A stretch of DNA of 64,000 nucleotides from Oopsacas minuta (taxonomy: Eukaryota; Animalia; Porifera), in assembly GCA_024704765.1 (NCBI GenBank), contig JAKMXF010000301.1:155807-219806 (forward strand), read 5' to 3'. Below are positions 38,301-48,999 of the stretch, piece by piece. A program made the position numbers and the translations under genes. The notes beneath the pieces were generated by a model. The model was not told the origin of the DNA and made no database searches. It saw only the letters and a program-made list of their open reading frames with translations. Position 1 is the first letter of the stretch. The number at the start of each line of letters is the position of its first letter.

Positions 38301-40758
38301 AGTTACGTAGGCTATGTATAAATATATATCTATATATGACCATCGTTATTTAAGGCCATGCTACTGACCAGAATTTAATAACCATGGATAACCTAAAGTC
38401 CATTAAATTTGATAGGCAATAATATTAATCAGGATAATACAAAATTGGTGCATTTTGGCCCGAATAAATGTAATATTGTTTGTTAATAATTGACACAAGC
38501 TATGTTACCCGACGAGGTCAAAATAACGTTATCTGATTATTAAAAATGGGAATATGTCGTGAAAATGTGCAATATTTTTAAGCTCGTCAAATTATCAATA
38601 GATATCGCTTCGTCGACTCTAGAATCAATACCAATTGATCCAAGGATGTTTTCATACAAAATCTCAAGCAATTGATAGGCCTGTCGCATAAGATTTTGAC
38701 CCGCGTAGGATTTTGACCCGCAAGTAGCAATTGCAAATCAAGTCATATCAACATTTCATCCCTAGTCACATAGTATTCGTATTTATACATGTGCGACTTC
38801 CTAAATGCATACACTAACATTTACTTTGTGTCTAGATTTCAACATCAACACTTATATTTACTTTTGACATTTTTCATTATGGATGCGACAGAGTATGAAG
38901 TAATTCGTGGATACCTCCAGACGAATATTATCCACCAGAAATCAAGAGTGATCGCTACAGAAAGAAGAATTTTGTCAGAAAGTGTAAGGGGATTTACTTT
39001 CAAGAGAATAAGCTAATGAAGGTATATTCCTGAATGATATTTTGATTTATACTTATTTCCGGGACATAATTAGAAATCTTGAGGCAACTACATATCTGCG
39101 AGGAGGCAGATATGTAGTTGCCTCATTAAATTTGCGTACCATAGGGAGATGAGAAGGGCGAAAACGCTAGGGGACTCCTCTGCCCCTCAATGCTACCTAC
39201 AACTTCTGAGTTTAGCTAAAATAATTTTCTTGTAGATTTTCAGAAAGAAAAATGGCTGCGTGAAATACTTGGAGATTCGACTAGTCTCAGAAATTGACAA
39301 CATTATCGGATTCTATCACAATGTCTCATCCTGGAATCAACACTACCATTGATGGAATCCGAAACTAATATGATTGGAATGGTATATACAATGATGTTGG
39401 ATCCTACGTGAGTTACTAAATTACGTATTTCTTTCATACATGATTTTCCAAGAAGATGTGGCCGAGAACACAGACTTACTAACCCTCCAGGGATCCCTGG
39501 ATTACAAATATTGAAAATCCAGGGATTTAGCAACGAAAATCTAGGGAAATTTGCAAATGGGGTTGGTATGTCTGAGAACAGCATGTAGTTTATAGTTTGA
39601 GGTTATTCACCTTGTAATTATTCTACTGTATACAGCTTTATTTGTGCGATTGTAAAATTAATATTGTGCGATCTGATGATATTTAGTATACCGGTGTACA
39701 ATTTTATCATATGGAAATCTATTTGTACGGTGCAACCAACCATGTATCTAACAACTAATGATCCTTGCGGTAGTTGGTAATTGGGATAGGTAGTGGGAGT
39801 ATGTCACATAAACATATTTGCCAACCTGAGTGAAGAAAAAGCGGGACGGAATGCTAATTTAGCGGGACATCTGGGACGTAGCAAATTACATTAGACTGGA
39901 CTACAAACTGACAATTAAATCATTTCCCGTTCTAGATCCGAACTTGCCATGACTGTCAAACTTCTGCTGCTCTACCTCCTCAGCCACAACGAGAGCTTCA
40001 ACCTATTCCTCCTCCTGAAGAACCATGGTGTCATTGTGGAATTGATCTCATATGCAATATGTCTCGCACTGTACTTGGATTTCAGCACAATCTTATCATC
40101 GTGTGCTACCTGAGTAAATTTGTAATTGTTCGACCACTCAAGACTAAAACTTCTAAAGAAATATTGGATTGTTTACAAGAAATTTATCTCTCATTCGGCG
40201 TACCTAACATCCTCCAACATGAACAGGGAACAGAATTCTCAAGCAAGGTAACCCATATTTTATGCATACTCGAGATTAGTAATAGTAAATACACCAAGTA
40301 AATTATTCCAGATACACAATACACTTACTATATTGGATATACGTACGTAACATGTTGCATTGTCAATTGTCAGTGCATTGCTTCAATATATACCCTGGTA
40401 AGAAATTGTGCACCTTGGTGGCCATATTTAAGAACCGTGTGGAAAATTGGATTATAATTTATGTTAAATACTAATAAATAAGAATTTACGAATTAATGCT
40501 ACTACCTTCGGATGGAAATTTTACCTTATTAATCGTTAAGTCTTTCTAACTATTGTTGAACAAGACTAAGCACATGCGCGTAGTAGATTGTTATCGTTCT
40601 CTTATTTACTTTCAAAATAGGAATTTCAGGAATTTCACAAGATAAATGTCAACACCAGAAGAACCACAGCACACCACCCACAAAGTAACGGACTTGTTGA
40701 GTCACACAACAGAATATTGAAAACATGAGTATTAATACTAATTATAAATATATATATA

Positions 40759-42112
40759 CAGTGCCGGTCAAAAAGAATTACTCAAATGAATGTATACAGT
40801 ATAGTAAATGTCAAATTGTATACACTGACCAGATAGTTGAATTCTTGCGAAACCATACTCAGCATATGTATTTTGACAAGTAACATACCAACACAGCTAA
40901 TCCATTCATTATATTTGCACAACTTACAGTTTTTATTTTGTATTCTTTTTTTTTCCAATTTATCTGTTTTTATCGAATTTTCAATGCCTTCTAAACTCCG
41001 AATTTCCATTGAAAATCGAGCCAACCTGATCCTACTTTCAGAAAGTGGCCATACTCAGAGGGAGGTAGCTAAAATGGTTGGGTGTAGCCAAAAAAGTGTA
41101 GCCGAGATCCTTAAGAAACACAGGCTGACTGGCACGGTAAGAGACCTCGCTATTTCGGGTAGGCCTCGTGTCACAACCAAAAGGCAAGACAATTTATTGG
41201 TCAGAAAATGCAAAAAGGATCGATTTAAGACTGCTACTCAGATCAAAGCTGAAGTGTTATCAGAATGTTCGATAAAACTTTCCACTTCAACAGTTCAGAG
41301 AAGGTTACGAGGGGCTGGACTGTTCGGACGAAAACCGCGAAGGAAGCCCCGCCTTACTACCAAGCACAAAAGAGACCGACTTTCCTTCGCAAGATCGCAC
41401 AAGAATTGGAATACTGAAGAATGGGCAAGAGTTGTGTTCAGTGACGAATCTAGGTTCCTTCTGTATACTAATGACGGGAGAGCCTACGTCAGGAGGATGA
41501 AAGGGGAGGAGTTCTCAGAGAGGTGTCTTCAAAAAACTTGCAAGTTTGGTGGAGGTGGCATCATGGTTTGGGGATGCTTTTGCTGGAGTGGCGTAGGACT
41601 CTTGTGGAAAGTATCTGGGAACCTCAAGACAAATTCCTACATTGATATATTGGAAAATGCACTAATCTCAAGCGTTGATTTGCATTCTCTACATTCTGAC
41701 TGGACCTTTCAGCAAGACAACGCCCCATGCCATAAGTCAAAGGGTACTAAGCAATGGTTTGGTGAGCAAAAAATAGAGGTTATGAATTGGCCTGCTTAGT
41801 CACCTGATCCAAATCCGATTGAGAATCTCTGGGATCACATTTCCCTCAGAATTCAAGAGAAAAGCCCATCCAACCACTCAGAGTTGTGGAATGCCATATT
41901 AAGCACTTGGGATAGCATTGACATTAACAGGCGCCATACTCTAATTGAGAGTATGCCGCAAAGATGTAAAGCTGTAATTCAAGCAAGAGGAGGTACTACT
42001 AAATACTAACAACAATTTACTTGATGATAATAAAGCATTATTGTTAAAATCAGTCATAGATATAAGAATTTGGGGTAAATTTATTCTGAGCAATTCTTTT
42101 TGACCGGCACTG
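40759..42112 (+). mobile_element. Tc1 (DD34E) element, 1354 bp
   Basis: 26-bp TIR CAGTGCCGGTCAAAAAGAATT(A/G)CTCA, flanked by TA. Confidence 0.95.
40984..42009 (+). pseudogene. Tc1 transposase, full length except for one premature stop
   Basis: MPSKLRIS..GRPRVT..FSDESRF..GIMVWG..FQQDNAPCH..WPA*SPDPNPIENLW..RGGTTKY*. TAG at 41797-41799 replaces the usual Gln of WPAQSPD. Confidence 0.92.
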
Positions 42113-43286
42113 TATATTGTAAGCCTTACATACGTTTAATACACGTCGTTTATAATTAGATAGCTTTGAATCAATTTAGCACTTTTACAAATAGAAAAAT
42201 CAACAAGATGCAATCTGATGGGGACACTGAATGGACAGAGAAATTACAGACAGCAGTACTTAGCAGCAAATACTCAAACCAAAATCTCTACAAGCTACAC
42301 ACTCATTTATCTCATGTTTGGGAGAGACTTTGATTCATCTAACCTTCTCAATCTTATCACTTCTCCAACTAACCCCGGATTACTAACCGAAGCTGATATC
42401 TCAGAGGCAGAAGTATCAGAAGATGAGAATATTCAAATGGATGCAAACGAACCACGCCCATTTGACTTTCCTATAATTGATAACGAATGGATAGAAAATC
42501 TTTCCTCTACACGTAAAGCTGACAGGATGACTGGTATTGAAAACATCAAGGCAAGTCAGAAAGTTCAAACGAAAACATATGACAGCAAAGTTAAACACAA
42601 CAGGTAAGAAATAACGAAACACATTCTTGTGTGATGTAACATGTTGGAATTTCACACATCATCTCTTACTAAAATTAAATTAAATTCACTGACTGTTGTA
42701 TAATCAGGTAAATATGAAATAGTCTTGAATCGGAACTAATTTATTGTTTCCTCAATTATATGAATTCTTAAATTCCAAAACACTTACTTTAGTTATATAA
42801 TTAGCATCATTACAAACTGTACGTAATTGGCACATTATTTTCTTTGTATAATCATTGTGTAAACTTAGATCAGAATTTGTGGAAGGAGATGAAGTACTTG
42901 TACATAATATAAAGAAAGCCAAGCGACTCACAGGAACAAAAGATGCAAAGAAATATTTGGGACCATATACGATAGAGGAAGTTAAACCAAGCCACCTAGT
43001 TGCTCACAAAGACCCAGATAGCAAAACAACAAAATTACCTATCCATCTATCAAGAAAATATCATTCTCGCATGAACGAAAAACGGCAGGTTCGAACGAAG
43101 ACAGGCAAATCAAAGAAGCCCAAAAGATCTTGCAAATTCCCTTCTAGCGGTAAATATATTAGCGAGACAATATTGTACTGAACTATAACTAATTGACTCA
43201 GCCCATGATTAAGTACATATAAACTAGTTGTGTTCTGTATTGATTTGATTAATACGTAATAGCAATCCTACATTTCACATATTTAT

Positions 43287-44541
43287 TTGTATTTAGATTC
43301 TTTGGATGATATATTGAACCTGGATACCATGGAAGAAACATTTGAAACACCGCAACAACACTCAATCTATGAAAATATCGACTCTGAGCTACTTCAATTG
43401 AAACCTCGAATACTATCAGCTCTTGTCAATAACACATACTTAACCCAACTACATGAGAAACTCGCTACAAAAGCTGCATCTCTAACTTCATTGAATTTAC
43501 TATATTCTTACCATCCACCCAACGAACTAAATTTTGAGGTTAAGGAGAAACTTGCTGTATCAGCCGGTGATTGGTACGCAGAATATCGTTCCTCCTATCC
43601 TACTGAAATACCTGAAGAGACACGAAGAGATCTGGACTATCCAATTGCTGTTCTATTACCAGTAATAATTGAGTTGATATTCCCAACTGAGCAAGTTCAT
43701 GAGATCATTGAAATACCAGAACAATCTATACAAAATGCATCAGATCTTATCCCATATCCTAAATGGGGAGGAGAGTATAACAACATCGTGCAATCTAACA
43801 CCTGTTCTATCGACAATATATTGGCTATTCTTAGTTCGAATAAAGCAACCATCATAGACTCACTGAAGTTAATCGGAAGTACACATATTGAAGCTAAATT
43901 CCACTACATATTCCAATTGGCTGCTAATTGTGAATTTGAGAAACTTCGAGAATATGTTGCTACTGAAATTGGGCTTGAAGTTATTTATGATTCCTCAGGA
44001 TTGATGCGGTCTTACGATTTCTTTGGATCAGAGGGTAACACCATCAAATATTTACGAACAGAGATTTGTGTAACGACAAATATTTCACTATCTTCCAATG
44101 CCACCAATGCACCAATATCTTTGAGACACAATCCATGATTAGTAATATAGGAGGCGTTATTACAAACCTGGAATCATCTGTTAATCGAAGTCTCGTTCCT
44201 TTTAAATGCAAGTCTTGTGGATCAACTACTGCTGTCTTAGAGAGGATATCTGGTCAATTCAAGTCAATACCTGTCATGCTAACAATTGAAATCGGACATC
44301 TACCCGAATTGCCAGACATTTTTGCAGTGATATTGACAAACACTTTACCATCAGTCACTACCAACTTGCTGGCTTTAGTACATTGAGTATTAGACACTTC
44401 TATTCAATCCTTTACCAAAACGGGCAATTCTATAAATATGACGGAATGAGAGAACCAATTATCCATTTTGGGACTGTGACACTTTCATCGGATCACTCAA
44501 TACTGTATTCTACCTCTTGCACTCTTCTGACTAATTCTTAA
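43287..44541 (+). pseudogene. USP/UCH-like cysteine protease domain at the 3' end of the Ginger B ORF (frameshifted)
   Basis: Cys-box-like SNTCSIDNILAIL, CHQC and CKSC zinc-ribbon pairs, PVMLTIEI, and His-box-like RHFYSILYQNGQFYKYDGM, in USP order. Confidence 0.55.
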
Positions 44542-44564
44542 CGATTCACGACTCTTTTCCATCA

Positions 44565-44694
44565 TTCGAAAGCGCTCAAAGACAAGGTACATCGAACCTT
44601 GTGGGGACCTCTGCCCGAGGTTATTCAGGCAACGCAATCCCTATCATGATGAGCCCAGACAATGGAAACGCGACCTGCAACAATACATCCCCAG
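44565..44694 (+). repeat. 130-nt conserved non-coding block, copy B
   Basis: Homologous to 6262-6391; starts ~24 nt after the last stop codon. Confidence 0.85.
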
Positions 44695-44714
44695 TGACGA
44701 ATATCATCACTCTA

Positions 44715-44782
44715 CCATCTAAGTATTTTGCGAGAAAGGCAGCGCAACTGACGAGTCTACGCCGAGACGAAATACAGCATGG
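44715..44782 (+). ncRNA. Type III hammerhead ribozyme, copy B (canonical core)
   Basis: GTA-T-T | stem I TTGCG/CGCAA with loop AGAAAGGCAG | CTGACGA | stem II GTCT/AGAC with loop ACGCCG | GAAA-TAC. Stem III extends through CCAT-CT/AG-ATGG. Predicted cleavage after 44727 (AUU). Confidence 0.9.
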
Positions 44783-46744
44783 AATCAGATACAAGCGAGT
44801 TTCTTATCTATTTGTTATTTTTTAATGTCTCCTTGTCTGTGGCCGTTCGGGAACCGTTAGCTCCTCGTGTGTCTGTTAAATTACGATTTATTGTACATAA
44901 TCGTTTATGTTGCAGCTTACAGTCAAATTTGGTGTGATCGCAATCACATTAAACTCGCTCAAACACTGCACACATAAACAAAGTGAGGTTAACGTTAAAA
45001 GTTTAGCGTTAGGGGGTGGCTGTAAGGGGAAGGAGGAGGCCACCGCAGCTGACTTGTTTTGTTTATAGAAATCTAGTGTTTTCCAGGAGTATGCAGCGTG
45101 CCAGAGGCTCGCGGTTTTCACCACAACTCTATATGTGTATCAACATTATACCAAGCTCCCGTAACAAATGCATAGTCTACGCTTGTCCAATAGATGAACA
45201 TATTTCAGTGGTATATTCCTTAAAGCTTGTTAGAAAGTATAGAGAAATGGGCAAAGATGAACTCGCCTACAATTCGTACTTAAGATATTCCGAATATTGA
45301 TTATCACGCTAATGCTTGTAATATTTTTATTATTTGATAGAATATATTGCAATATATAGATTGACATGTTAAATTATATTATTTATTATGAGTTATTAAA
45401 TACAATTATCAAATACCTACCACCTTCTGTCCAAGTAATATAATTATAAAAAATTTATATACACTGTCCATTTTTGGCATTTTGGATAATAATGTACATT
45501 TGTGATACGTAGAGGGAACATAGTTTATATGTTATCAAACAAATTCACTACTTTCTAGAATCCAACTCTAAATTGACTTATTTATTCAGTTACGTATACG
45601 TATAGCTAATCTAAAATTGAATTACATTACATATATTTAGTGGTAATTACGTAATGATAGTGTATGGAATTCGAAAAAGTCAAATGACAGAGAAGTAAGA
45701 TTACTTTAGGGTCAAAATCCTACGACAATAATACATTATATGCGGGTCAGAATCCTACGACAATATATGCGGGTCAAAATCCTTCGCATATATTACATCG
45801 TAGGATTTTGACCCGCACCATGGATATGCTACTAGGATTTTGTATTGCGGGTCAAAATCCTACGCAACAGGTCTCTGGTTCCAAAGTTATAGTAGTGACC
45901 ATGGATGACATTTTTCTGCTAATAATCGCTTATAATGTTATGGCCTTTCATCTTGCAAACATATTGTATAGCCCGACTTCCAATACCCTGATAATACATT
46001 TTGATATGATGTATCCAAGGATTATTGTACAGTCATCAATAATACCATATATAGTCATTTTCAAGATTGCATCATAATTTTCAGCGATGTCATATCATGT
46101 ATTATTATCGGTGAACGGGAAGTCGGGTTTATATCTTATGTTTGGAAGATTATCGACCATAAAAATATATGTGGTCAGGCTATAGTTGAATATTACTAGA
46201 AATGTGTCATTTATGGTCACTACAATAACTCTGGAACCAGAGAACTTTATTATGGCAATTTTTGGACATATTGTATGAAAGTCTCTATGGATAATTTGAT
46301 AGAGCTTGAAAAATGGCGTATTATTACAACATCTTCCCAGTTTGGCCAATCAAATAAAGTAATTTCGATCTGGGACTTGTCGGATGTCATAGCTTGAATT
46401 AATATTAATCATAGCCTACTAAACATAAGGCCATTTTTACTGAGCCAAATGCGCTTGGACAAGGATAAGATGAAGTCATTTTCTTATACACCCATAACAC
46501 AACTCAACAAGATTTCTCATCAGAGATCACATACATTTATCTTAGCATACTTTTGAATGTTGAACTCGAATCTGCAATGAGAATTTCTCTAGCACGTCTA
46601 GTTATTCTGAATCCAAGATCCATTTATCAATAGTATAGTATTACCTAGTTACTAAATTGCTATATGAGCATACCTATTTTGATTCAATTATCTGGAATAT
46701 AAATGATTTTACTTATTTGAATTCAAGCAAATCAAATTATAAAC

Positions 46745-48409
46745 ATGCATCGTAATTGTAGAACTCATCCCGACAATTTCTGTTACGTTTGTGGTCTTTT
46801 TTACGTAAAATCACAAAGACGACCAATCACAAATCAATTAAAGAACATATACAAATTGTACTTCGAATGTCCACTTGGTGACCAAGACAAGTCGTGGGCA
46901 CCACATGTTATATGCACTTCTTGTTCAAGTGGACTACGTGATTGGTTGAACAAAAGGAAAGTTTCAATGCCATTTGCAATACCCATGGTCTGGAGGGAAC
47001 AGAAAAATCACCTTGATGATTGTTACTTTTGCCTTATCGACATTACAGGATTCTCAGCCAAGAATAAGCACGCTCTTGTTTACCCAGACTTGGATTCTGC
47101 TCGCAGGCCAATTCCACACGACATCTCATTACCAATCCCAATTCCCAAACCACAGCAAATTAAAATCAGGTCTGATATGGTGGAAGATGTTCATGCAGAT
47201 TCTACAGATGCTAATTATGTCCCGGAAGATGAATTACTAGAGCCACAAACATTTACACAGGGAGAATTGAATGACCTGGTCAGGGATCTAGACTTATCTA
47301 AAGACAAAGCTGAACTCCTTGCATCCAGGCTCAAACAGAAAAACCTACTCGACAAAGATGTCCTGGTATCCCACTATCGCAAGTGAAATTTCGATCTCGC
47401 TCAATACTACACCACTGATGGTCCACTGTGCTATTGTAATGATATCGAAGGACTCTATGCAAACCTATTACAAGAAGATTCTTCCTCTGATTGGCGCCTT
47501 TTCATCGATTCGTCAAAACGCAGTTTGAAAGTTGTTCTGGTGCATAACAGAAATCTAAAGCTTGGCGTTCCAATTGCTCACTCCGTCTATCTCAAAGAAA
47601 CCTTCGTCAATTTGCAGGAAGTTTTGGAGGCAATACAGTATAGAACACATATATGGAATATCTGCGGTGATCTTAAGATAATCGGGCTATTGATGGGCTT
47701 ACAACAAGGTTTTACAAAGTATTGTTGTTTCCTATGTCTATGAGACAGCCGAGCAACTGGTGAAGATTATAAAAATTGTGATTGGCCGAAGAGAACCTAT
47801 GAAGTGGAGAAAACCAATTTACAGCATTCGCCATTGGTAGATCCAAACAAATTTTTCTTACCCCCACTTCATATTAAACTTGGATTAATGAAAACATTCG
47901 GTAAAACAATGGGCAAAACAAATTCAGCAGGATTTCTGCATTTGGTAGGCAAATTTCCGAAACTAAACGAGGCAAAGTTAAAAGAGGGAGTATTTGTAGG
48001 ACCACAAATCAGACAAGTATTCAGGGATCCAGATTTCGAGAAAATATTATCCGAATTAGAAAAGAGTGCTTGGAATTCTTTCAAATGGGTTTGTGAAAAC
48101 TTTTTGGGCAACAAGAAGTCGTCCAACTACGGAGAAGGAGTGGAAACCTTGCTTAACGCATACGAGAAGATGAGCTTTCGCATGTCGCTAAAACTTCACT
48201 TCTTGCACTCTCACCTTGATTTTTTCCCTGAGAACCTTGGTGCTGTAAGTGATGAACAGGGTGAGAGATTCCACCAAGACATACAAGAGATGGAAACCCG
48301 ATACCAAGGTTTCTGGAATGAGGGCATGATGTCCGATTACTATTGGAGCCTCTTCAGAGATAATCCCAACAAGATATATAAAAGGAAGTCGTACTCTCAA
48401 CACTTTTAA
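46745..48409 (+). pseudogene. Chapaev3-like (CMC) transposase pseudogene
   Basis: CRTHPDNFCYVCG, LGDQDKSWAPHVIC, PMVWREQKNHLDDCYFC, PPLHIKLGLMK, GVFVGPQIR, HSHLDFFPENLGAVSDEQGERFHQD; frameshifts and stops. Ends not found. Confidence 0.8.
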
Positions 48410-48999
48410 TTTAGTTAGCTACCTTTATACTCCTAGATGGATATGTATTTCCCCTTAGTTTGTGAGTAGTTGATACATGCATGAATGTGAATAATTATAT
48501 GTAAGAGCTAGGATAATAACTGATATTATCTTGGCATTAATCTAAAACATCGAAACGTTGATTTATTTCATGGCTATCATGTAAGAAGACAAAAAGACAG
48601 CCACTACCATAAAATAACAGGAAAAATTTAGGAAATACATAAAATCGTTGACTTGTAGATGGAAAGAAAACTGGACGTGCTGGAGAGAATCTGAAAGCAG
48701 ATTTGAATTCAGCGTAAAAACTAGCTTAGAATATGTCAATCTAATACTTGATGAGAAAATGAAGTTAAATTTTGTTGACCTGTGTAATCTAAATATATAT
48801 TTTTTGAATAAAACTGATATTGTAGTCAGGTTTATCAATAATTTCCTGAGATTTGTATTGTGAATTAATGTTATTCTAAATTCAATTTCTAATCATTTTA
48901 ACATACTTTGCTTTTATAATATTAGCTCATTGTTTATAATTTCTTTGACACATGCATAACTCTTGTTCTGCTCCCAGATGTACTACTTGATACTACAAT

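Larger units (their letters stand above)
38879..43148 (+). pseudogene. Ginger B transposase exons (interrupted by introns and a Tc1)
   Basis: MDATEYEVIRGYL, SHPGINTTID, QPIPPPEEPWCHCGIDL, GVPNILQHEQGTEF, HPQSNGLVESHNRILK, AVLAANTQTKISTSYTLIYLMFGRD, KYLGPYTIEEV. Confidence 0.8.
38682..45869 (+). mobile_element. Ginger-like DNA transposon B (intron-containing transposase, USP-like domain, 3' hammerhead)
   Basis: 23-bp TIR TGTCGCATAAGATTTTGACCCGC versus reverse complement of the right end TGTTGCGTAGGATTTTGACCCGC; flanks GGCC / GGTC. The exon series matches Ginger A. Confidence 0.8.

Noticed and set aside
45709-45869. CRISPR-like repeat-spacer pattern
   Set aside because: The units are the Ginger terminal motif, with irregular spacing and mixed orientation.
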